Positions 40,936 through 50,924 are shown, counted from the first letter of the stretch. The stretch: DNA of 64,000 bases from Syntrophales bacterium (GCA_963666365.2 CAXXNF010000002.1:1152001-1216000), one strand, 5' to 3'. Translations and numbers: made by a program. The notes: a model not told the origin generated them from the letters alone.

Positions 40936-41354
40936 GACACGTATTCACAAGACGCCGCCAAAGGGGCTTCTCACTGATCGAAATCATCGTGAGTCTGATG
41001 ATCGTGGGCATCATGTCGGCAGTGGTCTACTCCTACATGGGAAGCACCCTGACGAACAGTGTGTTTCCCGTGCTGTGGCTGAACGACGCCCAGAAAGTAA
41101 ATGAAGTCATGGAACAGATCAAGCGCGACTACGATGAAGAATTTCCTTCTCACACAGGTTCTGCCGCTCCGTGGATAGAAACGTTTTTCGATAATGAAAT
41201 TTATCCTACCTATCGCTCAGATGTCGATTCATTGACATATGTACTCGGCTCTTTTGATGGAAATCTCGTCTGGACGAACGACTCCAGCAGCAAATATCTG
41301 AAGGTAACACTCACTAAGAACCTGCAAAAGGTCATAGGGGTATTTTCGGAGTAG
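40932..41354 (+). CDS. Type IV minor pilin/pseudopilin (PilV-like)
   Basis: RG|FSLIEI; VMEQI..DY; paralogue of 37917-38333. Confidence 0.85.
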   Translation: MRHVFTRRRQRGFSLIEIIVSLMIVGIMSAVVYSYMGSTLTNSVFPVLWLNDAQKVNEVMEQIKRDYDEEFPSHTGSAAPWIETFFDNEIYPTYRSDVDSLTYVLGSFDGNLVWTNDSSSKYLKVTLTKNLQKVIGVFSE

Positions 41355-41358
41355 GCCA

Positions 41359-41919
41359 ATGGCGGAAAAAAGCAGACAGGACACAGCACGAGGCACGCCC
41401 GGATTCACGCTTATCGAGGTAATTGTCACACTGGTCCTTGTGGGAATACTTGCCGCGACCGCGGGGATGGGCATCGTCTCCAGCGTGAGAGGCTACCTTA
41501 TGGCCCAGGAAAACGCCACCATCGCCCAGAAGGCGGAGCTGGCGCTGCGCAGGATCACCATTGAACTGCGCCTGGCAAAAAATATACGAGACTGCAGCTC
41601 CGACAACTCCGACTATGTAGTCGTCGATTACGATGAAGAGGGAACCGACTCAATGTACATCAAGCTTGTAGGAAGTGACATAAAAATGCTCAGCGGCACG
41701 ACAGCGCCGGGCGTGTCGACGGGTGATGTGCTGGTGAGCGGTGTCAATGGTTTTACCATGGACTTTTACAGATATGACGATTCCGGCACTCCTACATGGA
41801 CTGCAGCAGATGACTTTGACCAACTGGGCATTATTTTTATAGAACTGAGCCTTGACAGAAACGACGGGGATACACAGACATTCAGGACGGCCGTACACCC
41901 GGGCGATCCGGAAACGTAG
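41359..41919 (+). CDS. Type IV minor pilin/pseudopilin (PilW-like)
   Basis: PG|FTLIEV; AGMGIVS.V.GYL; paralogue of 37343-37822. Confidence 0.85.
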   Translation: MAEKSRQDTARGTPGFTLIEVIVTLVLVGILAATAGMGIVSSVRGYLMAQENATIAQKAELALRRITIELRLAKNIRDCSSDNSDYVVVDYDEEGTDSMYIKLVGSDIKMLSGTTAPGVSTGDVLVSGVNGFTMDFYRYDDSGTPTWTAADDFDQLGIIFIELSLDRNDGDTQTFRTAVHPGDPET

Positions 41920-41973
41920 CATATAATTAAAAATAAGTATACTGTCACATTACAAGCATCAGGAGGTGCTGCT

Positions 41974-44025
41974 ATGATACACATGCTAAAACATTTATTC
42001 ATGACCGGGAAGGATGCATTGAAACACCCGCGCCGCTTCAAAAAGCAGCGCGGGGCGGTTCTCGTGGTCGTTATCGTTACCATGACGATCGCCGCCGGTC
42101 TCGGCGCCGCCATGCTTTCAATGACCTCGACAACCACCACCGAAGATACGACGGCCAACCAGGGACAAAAGGGCATGTATCTGGCCGAATCGGGCCTGCG
42201 ATATGCCGCGGGCGAGTACCGGCGGGCAGGCACGGTGGAACAGCAGGATGCCATGCTGCGAGTGCTTCATGACAACACCTACCAGCTCGGCGGCGGCAAT
42301 GAATTCAACCTGGATATCAGACCCTATTATTTTGAGGCTGTGGAAGTAACCGGCGGCGCTCTCAAGATGCGCCCTTTCGGAGGCATCCCCCACTGCTTTG
42401 ACGGCGGCGCCGCCGACGGCGTGGCCGGCTACCTCAAGTCGGGAACCACAAAATACGACTACACCTATTCAGGCACGACCGTTGCCGCCGAAGGTGACGA
42501 AACCTTCCTCTATTTCAATTCGATCAGTGATTCGGGTTCTATTGTGGCGGGAGATATCGTCTTCCCGGTCTGTCGCGTCAATGGGGATGCCACTGTTTCA
42601 AAAAACGGAGATATATCTATCCAATCGGGTACCGGCATCGAGATTTTCCCTCCCGAAAACTGCCGGTTCAGGATCAACAATGTAGGAACGGTCTATCGCT
42701 ACAAGAAGCTCAATCTTGCAGACAACCTTTTAGAAACTATCACACAGGTCGATAATCCCGGAGCCGCGTTTACGCTCACGCTGACAGATGGAAATTATAT
42801 AGTCCCCGAACGGTTCATTAAACTTACCTCTTCCGGCAGCGTCGGCACCGCGGGCGCCGAGACAACCCGTGACGTGGCCTTCGACCTTGCCGTGGAACAG
42901 GTAACAGGGACACTTGCATTGTACGGCATATTCGGCAATGAAAAAGTTCTAGTAAAAAACAGCGGACAAATCACGAGCTATGATTCGACGAATTTCTCTG
43001 GATATCCGCCGGCATCGACCGCACAGGCATCGGTATGTTCAAATGAAAAAGTGCAGCTTGAAAACAGCGCCTACATTGACGGGAACGTCTATCTTGGAGA
43101 CGACGGCAACGACCCGCCTGCTGAGGCCGCGTTAACTTTAAAAAATTCAGCCTCTATCTCCGGTGAGAGCATCGATGTCGACCGAGTTACTTCCGATCCT
43201 TTTGCTATCGGCGCATGCAGCGGTGCGTTTGCGGGTTACTTTGACGCAGCGGAAAGCATCAACGACAATCTGAATGCCGATTTGGCGAAGCCGATCATTG
43301 CTGACAATAAAATAAGCCTCTCTTGCAGTGGTGGCAGCGGAAGCGGCGGAAGCGGCAGCGGTGGCAGCGGTCACTCATCCATATGGGATTGGTTGGTAGG
43401 AACGGCGTGGGCAAAGAAAAGCGGTGGTAGCGGCGGTAGTGGAAGTGGCGGTAGCGGCGGTAGTGGAAGTGGCGGTAGCGGTAGCGGCGGTAGCGGCAGC
43501 GGAAGCGGAGGCTGTGGGCATAGCGGAAGCGGAGGCTGCGATTGCAATATGACCTTATACGGCAAGACCGGTGGTTCTTCCTTCTATGTGACTGAAATTA
43601 CACTCAGTAATGAAGCAACACTTACCATTGATACGACAGGCGGACCGGTGAATATCTACCTGGAAGGCAATCTGGAAACTGCGAATGACACAAAAATTAA
43701 AGTATTGGGAAATTCGAAGGCAACCATCTACCTTTCAGGCAAATTAACGGCAAAAAACGACAGTGAAATCAACAAGACCGAAAGGAATCCTCCCAACCTC
43801 ACCATTTATTCTTGCTCTACCGAAAATATGGTATTCGAGAATGACACCGTGTTTGCCGGCGCTGTTTTTGCGCCGAATGCGACTATCACGGTTAAGAACG
43901 ATGCCAAAATCTACGGTGCGCTGTGGGGCAATAAAATACAAATCGAGAACGACGGCAAGGTATACTTCGATACATCTCTGACAAACGCGTTTTCGGCAGG
44001 AAGCGGGTATACGCTCAAGCCGTAA
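41974..44025 (+). CDS. PilX/GspK-like large minor pilin with Gly/Ser-rich insert and repetitive beta-rich C-terminus
   Basis: RG|AVLVV, YLAESGLRYA, GAVFAPNA...IYGALWG C-terminal motif. Confidence 0.78.
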   Translation: MIHMLKHLFMTGKDALKHPRRFKKQRGAVLVVVIVTMTIAAGLGAAMLSMTSTTTTEDTTANQGQKGMYLAESGLRYAAGEYRRAGTVEQQDAMLRVLHDNTYQLGGGNEFNLDIRPYYFEAVEVTGGALKMRPFGGIPHCFDGGAADGVAGYLKSGTTKYDYTYSGTTVAAEGDETFLYFNSISDSGSIVAGDIVFPVCRVNGDATVSKNGDISIQSGTGIEIFPPENCRFRINNVGTVYRYKKLNLADNLLETITQVDNPGAAFTLTLTDGNYIVPERFIKLTSSGSVGTAGAETTRDVAFDLAVEQVTGTLALYGIFGNEKVLVKNSGQITSYDSTNFSGYPPASTAQASVCSNEKVQLENSAYIDGNVYLGDDGNDPPAEAALTLKNSASISGESIDVDRVTSDPFAIGACSGAFAGYFDAAESINDNLNADLAKPIIADNKISLSCSGGSGSGGSGSGGSGHSSIWDWLVGTAWAKKSGGSGGSGSGGSGGSGSGGSGSGGSGSGSGGCGHSGSGGCDCNMTLYGKTGGSSFYVTEITLSNEATLTIDTTGGPVNIYLEGNLETANDTKIKVLGNSKATIYLSGKLTAKNDSEINKTERNPPNLTIYSCSTENMVFENDTVFAGAVFAPNATITVKNDAKIYGALWGNKIQIENDGKVYFDTSLTNAFSAGSGYTLKP

Positions 44026-44033
44026 TTTTGAAA

Positions 44034-44078
44034 AGGGGACATCATGATGGTTAATTTTCTGTGGTGTCCCCTCTTTTT
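44034..44078 (+). terminator. Rho-independent terminator after pilin operon 2
   Basis: aggggacatca ... tggtgtcccct followed by cttttt. Confidence 0.6.
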
Positions 44079-44270
44079 GTGTGTTACAAACATCATGGTT
44101 CCGTAACGAGCGCCTTTAGGCCGGCTTGAGAAGCTTTGCAGAACCTCATACAATAATTAATTTCGTCTATATCATTAGATTCCGGATCAAGTTCGGCGGG
44201 GTATCCGGTTTTTTTTAATGCTTTCTGGATTCCGTTTCAAGCCCGGACAGAAGGCAAATTAAGAACAAAT

Positions 44271-45071
44271 ATGACACCACCAAAATCCAATATCTACGCA
44301 AGTGATTCGCAACCCACCACCATGGCACTCATTTCTATGGATCGTTTTGGTTTAAAAATCTTTATCTTTTGTGTACTTACCGAGGTCACACTAGTTCTTG
44401 CGGACTTATTTCTGTACTTTGGCGATCTGCCTTTTAAGCAAATCCGTAATTATTTCGACATGACACGCGAGATGAATCTCCCGACATGGTTTTCCAGCGT
44501 TCAATTGCTTACGACAGGCGTATTCGCAGGGTTGATCGCTCTAAGAATTAAAGTGAGTAAAGCACCAAAATGGAAAATAATCGGTTGGGCGGTGCTTTCA
44601 TTATTTTTCACGTACATGGCTGTCGACGACGCCACCTATTTTCATGAGCGCATTGGCGATGTCTTTGATTCGATTTGTGATGGACAGGTACCGGCAGGCT
44701 CATCTTTGCTGGGTTGCATGTGCGATTATCCGAACTACTATTGGCAAATTCTCTTTGGTCCTTTCTTTTTAGGTATGGCCCTTTTTATTCTCATTTTTCT
44801 CTGGAAAGAGCTTACATCACCGGAATTAAAGTTCTATCTGATCCTTGGCATCACCTGCTATACAATCGCGGTGGGACTTGATTTCATAGATGGAAACAAA
44901 TCGTGGTATCCCTGGATTATCAAAAACACTTCGTTCAATTTTAAAGAGGCGCAGCATTGCACCAGGGTTCTGGAGGAGTTTATTGAATTATACGGTACAA
45001 CGCTGTTCCTTCTGGCATTTATCAGTAAATTGACACATTCCCTAAGAAATTTTGAAGTGAGGTTCATCTAA
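44271..45071 (+). CDS. Multi-pass membrane hypothetical protein
   Basis: About six hydrophobic segments; E.NLPTWFSS, DD...FHE, EEFIELYG motifs. Confidence 0.75.
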   Translation: MTPPKSNIYASDSQPTTMALISMDRFGLKIFIFCVLTEVTLVLADLFLYFGDLPFKQIRNYFDMTREMNLPTWFSSVQLLTTGVFAGLIALRIKVSKAPKWKIIGWAVLSLFFTYMAVDDATYFHERIGDVFDSICDGQVPAGSSLLGCMCDYPNYYWQILFGPFFLGMALFILIFLWKELTSPELKFYLILGITCYTIAVGLDFIDGNKSWYPWIIKNTSFNFKEAQHCTRVLEEFIELYGTTLFLLAFISKLTHSLRNFEVRFI

Positions 45072-46374
45072 CCATAGACCGCCGACTTCTTTCCCCCTCC
45101 TCTTCCATCAACTCGCCAGTCGTTCCAGACCGCGATACACACGCCAACTAAGTACATTAATTCATAAATAGGGTTACGTATAATGGGCTTGCTTTCGGAA
45201 CATATTTGTGGCAACATTGCAACCAAGGAGGTTGCATATGCCAAGAAAAAGCCCATATTCCATAGTTCTGACAACGGCGGAGGAAAAAGAGTTAACCGCG
45301 CGCGCAAACAAATATACGCTACCATATTTTGCAGTTTTGCGCGCAAAGATGGTTCTCCTTGCCGCCCAAGGGTTCAGCAATGACGAAATCGCAAAACGCC
45401 TTGATACACCACGTAAAGTTGTCAGCATGTGGCGAAAACGTTTCTTTGAAGAACGCCTCCTGGGACTGGAGGAACGCCCCCGTCCCGGACGCCCCCGGAT
45501 TTTTTCCCCCGGAGATCGTCATGCAAGTTAAGGCGCTTGCCTGTGAGCTGCCCTCGATCCATCAAGTGCCGATTTCTCGATGGAGTGTTGCCGATCTGGG
45601 AAGGGAAGTTCGAAGATCGGGATTTGCAGCCACAATAAGTAACAGCACCATATGGCGATGGCTTCACGACGACGCCATCCGTCCTTGGCGTTATCGTTCC
45701 TGGATATTTCCTCGTGATCCGCAATTTGCCGAGAAAGCCGGGAGAGTCCTGGATCTCTATGAAAGAGTATGGAACGGGCAACCTCTTCAGGATGATGAGT
45801 ACGTCCTGTCTGCCGATGAAAAAACAAGCATCCAGGCGCGCCGCCGCCGTCATGCCACCTATCCGGCGCAGCCGAATGAAGTGATGAAAGTGGAGCATGA
45901 GTACGTCAGGTGTGGCGCTTGGGCGTATATTGCCGCTCTCGATGTTCATCGCGCGAAATTGTTTGGTCGATGCGAACGCAGAAGCGGTATCGTTTCTTTC
46001 GATCGACTCGTTGACGATGTAATGCGCCAACCGCCCTATGCCACAGCGAGGCGCGTTTTTTGGATTGTTGACAATGGATCTTCTCATCGAGGACTTCGTT
46101 CCGTGGAGAGATTGCAATCTCGCTATCCCAATCTCGTACTTGTTCATGCTCCCGTCCATGCAAGTTGGTTGAATCAGATCGAAATTTATTTCTCGATACT
46201 CCAACGCAAAGCCCTTGTGCCCAATGACTTCAAATCTCTTGAATCGCGTAAGCGTACGACCAACTCATATAGCAAAAGAATTTTACATGAAGTACGCTGT
46301 ACCTAAAACCGGTACAGCCGGTGCTCTTTGATAATATGATTACGGGATTCAACCGCCGGAATACGGTGCACTGA

Positions 46375-47985
46375 TTATTGTTTTCCCTGGATGATCAGGC
46401 CCCGTTCATCCCTGGGCACAGGCTTCCACTGATCGGGAAGCAGTTCCCGCAGGCGGTTTACGGGATGGCTCATGATCCGCCGAAGCATGTCGTCAAAGTA
46501 CTCCCAGGGGTTGACGTCGCAGTTTTTGCAAGATTGAACGAGACCCATATAAAGGGCCGCCGCCCGGCCGCCCCGTTCGCTGCCCACGAAGAGCCAGTTT
46601 TTTCGACCTACCGCTATGGGCCGAATGGCGTTTTCCGCCAGGTTGTTGTCGGGTCTTAACCGTCCGTCTTTCAGATAGCGGCAGAGCGCCTCCCGCTGAT
46701 TCAGGGCGTAGTTGATGGCCGTCCGCAACGGCTCCGAGGGCGTCGTCCGGGGCCTCAGTTCCTCAATCTTTGCAAAGATTCCCTCAAGCAGCGGCGTTGC
46801 ATGCGCCTGCCGGAAACGGCGCCGCTCCTCGGGCGTCATCTCGGCACAGGGGGTCTCCACCTCGTGATAGAGCCGGGCGATGCGGGCAAGGATGTCCGTG
46901 GCCTCTTGAGGACGCGATGAAACCGCCTCGTCGAACTTCCGTCTGGTATGGGCCCAGCAACCCACTTCGATAATCTCTTCTTTTTTGAAAAGTTCGTCGT
47001 AGCCGCCGTAGGCGTCGGCATGGACGTACCCCTGGTAATCATTGAGATACTCCAGTGGGCGCGTCTTGCTCCGATCAATGGAGAAGTCATAGGCCGTCAG
47101 CGGCGGTCCCGGACCGCCCCGCAGATAGACCCAGAGACGGGCCTTCTTTACCTTGCCGTTTCCCTTGACCTGCAGAGGAACGGGCGTATCGTCGGTAAAG
47201 AGCACGTCCCTCTCAAGGACGGCCTTTTGAAGCACTGTTTCCAAGGGACGAATGCTCTCATAGACCTGCATGAGCCAGCTGGTTTGGGTGGCCCGGGGAA
47301 TGTCCACTCCTTCCCGCTCCAGAATGCTGTTCTGTCGGTAGAGAGGCAGATGATCGGCGTACTTGCTGACGATCAGATGAGAAAGCAGCCCCACGTCGGC
47401 TTTGCACTTGGCGATGGGGTGATCGGGCAGCGAGGCGGCGATGACGCCGGCGGTAGATTCCGATGCCTCCGGCAGCGCATACTGGGGCCGCTTGTAGACG
47501 TTGACGATCAGTCTCCCCGGCCGGTATTCCAGCTTCTCCGAGACTTCCACGGAAATGACCTTCAGGGGTGCGCCCGTGTCCGCATCGATCTTTTCATCCT
47601 CGGGCACGTCCAGCAGAATCTCCACCCGTTCGAGATGCTCCGGAATGGGAACCCGGCCGTGATGCCGGGAGGCCTTGCGGGGCTTCTTGACAGTCTCTGT
47701 GGCAGAAGCGTCTTCGAACTGTGCTTTCACCGCCGCATTCTGCTCTAATGATTGAAGCACCATGTCGTCGAACATCAGCTGACCGGGGTTGATCTTTTCG
47801 GACTTGCGGCCGTAGAGCCGTTTCAGCAGCTGTTCCATCTGATGCTGCAGGGTGGTCAACTGGCGCTGGGCGGATTCGAGCTTCTGGGTAAGCGCTTCGA
47901 TCTGGGCATCCTTTTGGGCGGCAAATTCCAGAATCCAGGCAGCATCTTTTCGGTCGATAATCTCTTGTGCTTCCGTCAATATCAT
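46375..47985 (-). CDS. tnpC: IS66 DDE transposase
   Basis: Identical protein to 21136-22746. Confidence 0.95.
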   Translation of the reverse strand: MILTEAQEIIDRKDAAWILEFAAQKDAQIEALTQKLESAQRQLTTLQHQMEQLLKRLYGRKSEKINPGQLMFDDMVLQSLEQNAAVKAQFEDASATETVKKPRKASRHHGRVPIPEHLERVEILLDVPEDEKIDADTGAPLKVISVEVSEKLEYRPGRLIVNVYKRPQYALPEASESTAGVIAASLPDHPIAKCKADVGLLSHLIVSKYADHLPLYRQNSILEREGVDIPRATQTSWLMQVYESIRPLETVLQKAVLERDVLFTDDTPVPLQVKGNGKVKKARLWVYLRGGPGPPLTAYDFSIDRSKTRPLEYLNDYQGYVHADAYGGYDELFKKEEIIEVGCWAHTRRKFDEAVSSRPQEATDILARIARLYHEVETPCAEMTPEERRRFRQAHATPLLEGIFAKIEELRPRTTPSEPLRTAINYALNQREALCRYLKDGRLRPDNNLAENAIRPIAVGRKNWLFVGSERGGRAAALYMGLVQSCKNCDVNPWEYFDDMLRRIMSHPVNRLRELLPDQWKPVPRDERGLIIQGKQ

Positions 47986-48037
47986 GAGCGGGCGTATAGC
48001 ACATAACTATAATAATGTCAAGTGTTTATATTATTTT

Positions 48038-48379
48038 TTATGCACATATTTTGTACCGTTTTCCCACTTTTTTCGGCACGATTCCCTCAAGGAGCATGGC
48101 CAGATCCCGGCGCTCGATATGACCGTCGCGGGACTGCCGGGAAGGCAGCACGAAGGACCCCTGCTCCAGACGTTTCAGCCAGATGGCCATGCCGTCGCTG
48201 TCCCAGTACAGGAGCTTCACCATGTTCCGCCGCCGGTTGACGAAGACGAAGAGTGATCCCGAAAGGGGATCGGCGCTAAGTTCGGCGCGGACAATGCCGC
48301 ACAGGCCGTCGAAGGACTTGCGCATGTCGCAGGGGCTGCGATAAAGATAGATGCGTGCCGATGCTGTCAGGCCGAACAT
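48038..48379 (-). CDS. tnpB: IS66 accessory protein
   Basis: Identical protein to 22799-23140. Confidence 0.95.
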   Translation of the reverse strand: MFGLTASARIYLYRSPCDMRKSFDGLCGIVRAELSADPLSGSLFVFVNRRRNMVKLLYWDSDGMAIWLKRLEQGSFVLPSRQSRDGHIERRDLAMLLEGIVPKKVGKRYKICA

Positions 48380-48696
48380 GGGGAACCATTATGAAGCGTT
48401 TCAATAACGGTGCGCAGGGTAACGGGATCGAAGCCGCGTTCCACTTCGATGGAAAGAAGCGGCCCCATGCAAATGCGAATGCCGGCATAGTCGGCCGTCG
48501 AGGATGCAAGTTCGATAAATCCCTGTTGTCCTTGCGGTTCAGTGAGTTTCCGGCGCCAGGAGTAGAAACTTGCCGTATTGATCTGATGCATCTGGCACCA
48601 GGCCAGACCGCTCATCCCGCTTGCGATCTGCCGCTCTACGATGGCCGACCAGTGGGCGGTGCGTTCTTGTTGTGTCATAGGGCATCCTCCAATCAT
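48367..48696 (-). CDS. tnpA: IS66 accessory HTH protein
   Basis: Identical protein to 23128-23457. Confidence 0.88.
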   Translation of the reverse strand: MIGGCPMTQQERTAHWSAIVERQIASGMSGLAWCQMHQINTASFYSWRRKLTEPQGQQGFIELASSTADYAGIRICMGPLLSIEVERGFDPVTLRTVIETLHNGSPCSA

Positions 48697-49055
48697 GAAA
48701 TGTGTTCATGACGGGAAGCTATAATCCAATGTGCGTTCAAGCGAAAGATGAGTTGGTCGTACGGTTACTGAATCGCTCAAAGCACGAATCCTTGGCTTTC
48801 AAAGTTATTACGAACAAATTGCTGAACCATTCAAGTGGAAATTTACTCGAAACGATCTCAATATTTTGCTCAACAAGCTCAAACTGACGCAGTCGTCTTC
48901 AGAATGTATCGCTGCGTAAATACGTAACCGAATTTATGAACCGCTGTACTAAGCATAATTGCGTAACCGGGGAACGACAAAAAGGGGTCTTGTTACAAAA
49001 TCGTCAATTATTCTACATTGACAAACGGTTCGTAGGGTGTGTATAAATACACATT

Positions 49056-49244
49056 ATGGATAGCCGACAGATTATAAAAATACTCATACAACATGGCTGG
49101 TGTGAGGTCGCTCGGGTCGGTTCCCATGTTCAATTTCGGCATCCGGATCGAAAGGGCCGTGTAACAGTGCCGCATCCTAAGAAGGACATACCAATCGGCA
49201 CGTTAAAAAGCATAGAACGCCAATCGGGCATCAAATTTGATTGA
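49056..49244 (+). CDS. hicA: HicA toxin
   Basis: GSHVQFRHP, VTVPHPKKDIPIGTLKSI; upstream TTGACA and TATAAA boxes. Confidence 0.92.
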   Translation: MDSRQIIKILIQHGWCEVARVGSHVQFRHPDRKGRVTVPHPKKDIPIGTLKSIERQSGIKFD

Positions 49245-49650
49245 GGTGACTATCGTGGCAAATTACATAGCTATTGTCCATAAAGATACAAATACTGACT
49301 TCGGCGTGTCGTTTCCCGATTTCCCCGGATGCATTACAGCGGGAAAAAGCATCGATGAAGCCAAAGACCTTGCACAGGAAGCATTGATCCTTCATATTCA
49401 AGGACTGTTTGAAGACGGACAGCAGCTTCCCCTGCCTTCAAAGCTGGAAGATATAATGGCCAATACCGATTATTCTGATGCGGCCGCCTATCTTGTAGTA
49501 GCTGTTCCCGACGCAAAGCTTAGAACGGTAAGAGTTAACATTACTGTTCCCGAAATAACACTGAAGCAAATTGATGCAGCGGCTAAAAAGCGCGGAATGT
49601 CTCGATCATCGTTCCTTGTACATGTAGCGCAACAGGCAATGCATTCGTAA
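49237..49650 (+). CDS. hicB: HicB antitoxin (start probably GTG 49255)
   Basis: FGVSFPDFPGCITAG, C-terminal RVNIT...SRSSFL ribbon-helix-helix. Confidence 0.92.
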   Translation: MIEVTIVANYIAIVHKDTNTDFGVSFPDFPGCITAGKSIDEAKDLAQEALILHIQGLFEDGQQLPLPSKLEDIMANTDYSDAAAYLVVAVPDAKLRTVRVNITVPEITLKQIDAAAKKRGMSRSSFLVHVAQQAMHS

Positions 49651-49657
49651 AAAGGTG

Positions 49658-50215
49658 TTACCCCTTGTCTTCCATCAACTCTCGCAGTCTCTCCAGACCA
49701 CGATACACCCGCATCTTGGCGGCGCTTTGCGAAATACCTGCAACCTCGGCAATATCGCTGAAAGAGAGCCCCTGCTGAAATCTCAATATGAGTACCTCCC
49801 TGAGGTCTTCCGAAAGCTGCAGAAGCGCCATGTGCAGCCTGTCCATATCCTGCCCGTTCATCACAGAGCGTTCCGGGTCCTTGAATTCGGCATCCCCCTG
49901 CTGTTCTCCATGAGCAGGAATCAGTGGGTCAGCGGCAACGGTTCTCCCCGCCTTCTTCAGGTGATTTCGAATCAGATTGAGGCCGATCGTATAGAGCCAG
50001 GTAAAGAAGCTGCGGTTGCGGTCGAAGTGGGAAAGCTTCTCATAGGCCCTTACAAAGGTCTCCTGGGCAAGATCTTCGGCATCGTCGTAATTGCCGGTCA
50101 TACGGTAGGCGAGATTAAGCAGAGGGGTTTTGTAACGATCGACAAGCAGCGCATACTCATGGCGATGTCCCTGGCAGATGCGCTTGATGATCTGATTTTC
50201 TTCCCGATCGTTCAT
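49658..50215 (-). CDS. ECF sigma factor
   Basis: DAEDLAQETFVRAY, SFFTWLYTI, LSFSDIAEV, KMRVYRG. Confidence 0.92.
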   Translation of the reverse strand: MNDREENQIIKRICQGHRHEYALLVDRYKTPLLNLAYRMTGNYDDAEDLAQETFVRAYEKLSHFDRNRSFFTWLYTIGLNLIRNHLKKAGRTVAADPLIPAHGEQQGDAEFKDPERSVMNGQDMDRLHMALLQLSEDLREVLILRFQQGLSFSDIAEVAGISQSAAKMRVYRGLERLRELMEDKG

Positions 50216-50238
50216 ATCAGTGTTCGTCTGCCCTGTGT

Positions 50239-50265
50239 CTACAATGCTCGGGTTCCGTTGTCACA
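50239..50265 (-). promoter_or_regulatory. Putative autoregulatory ECF promoter
   Basis: TGTGAC-N15-TTGTAG ending 23 bp before the ATG. Confidence 0.6.
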
Positions 50266-50278
50266 TTAATTGAAGGGT

Positions 50279-50412
50279 GGCAGTCCCATAAAAAGCCGCC
50301 GTTGATCTCTTACGTCATTCCGGGCTTGACCCGGAATCCAGTCCTGCCACTGACCCATGGATTCCTGCCTCCGCAGGAATGACGCTATTTTTTGACTTTT
50401 TGCGAGCCCATC
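50279..50412. repeat. MITE-like unit containing a CGTC-type palindromic doublet (50313-50384)
   Basis: cgtcattccgggcttgacccggaatcca ... tggattcctgcctccgcaggaatgacg between ...taaaaagcc / gactttttgcgagcccatc ends. Confidence 0.6.
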
Positions 50413-50696
50413 AAAGATTGAGAATATCTATCATCATTTCAAAATGTCTGTCGAGAAATTTTATGCATATCACGTCAAGCGATCCATCATCTCCGTGTCT
50501 TTGCCTTTTCCGTCCAGTGTTGTGATACCATGAATTGCAACCTCGCATTTTCACCTGCGAAAAATGAAATCATGGCTTCGCGGCCATGATTCTATTTATC
50601 GCTTGCCTAGGCTGATATTTTTACGCTATACAAGAACTTACAAATACAAAAAGGAACGTGTGGAGTCGGATTTGTTTAAAAGGGTGAGTTGAAAAC

Positions 50697-50921
50697 ATGG
50701 AAAAATTAATTAAGATTCATCTGGAAAAGTTGCCCGAGGGGCTATATCTGACAACCTCTGAAGATATTCAAGGGTTGGTCGCGCAGGGAAGAACAATCAC
50801 TAAAACGATCGAAATCGCAAGAGACGTTGCAAGAAAGCTCTTAGAAGAGCAAGGAGAACCGGCAGTAAAACTGGAAACATTGAGCGATTCTTTTGAATAT
50901 CCTCTACTTGTAGGAATATAG
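50697..50921 (+). CDS. HicB-like antitoxin
   Basis: EKLPEGLYL..S.DIQGLVAQGRT; directly upstream of the hicA-like pseudogene. Confidence 0.8.
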   Translation: MEKLIKIHLEKLPEGLYLTTSEDIQGLVAQGRTITKTIEIARDVARKLLEEQGEPAVKLETLSDSFEYPLLVGI

Positions 50922-50924
50922 AAG

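Larger units (their letters stand above)
46248..48768 (-). mobile_element. IS66-family element, copy 2 (2521 bp)
   Basis: Same IRs as copy 1; 8-bp TSD TGAATCGC at 46240-46247 and 48769-48776; identical ORF translations. Confidence 0.96.
45238..48919 (+). pseudogene. IS630 transposase (frameshift at T6C5, 45500-45510; C-terminus resumes at 48769 after IS66)
   Basis: RAKMVLL...WRKRF...RPGRP; SADEKTSIQA, IVDNGSSH, HASWLNQIEIYF; PFKWKFTR after the insertion. Confidence 0.88.
45151..48950 (+). mobile_element. IS630-family element interrupted by IS66
   Basis: Imperfect 30-bp IRs at 45151-45180 and 48921-48950; HTH ORF plus DDE ORF. Confidence 0.85.

Noticed and set aside
41934..41946. taagtatactgtc, a 13-bp match to the TIR between two pilin genes
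   Set aside because: It lacks the CCCC-GGAATT part and has no partner; it could be a relic but is not distinguishable from chance.
45329..46306. 325-aa ORF read as a complete transposase
   Set aside because: Its N-terminus is the off-frame overlap with the HTH ORF and its last residues come from IS66; the true C-terminus resumes at 48769.
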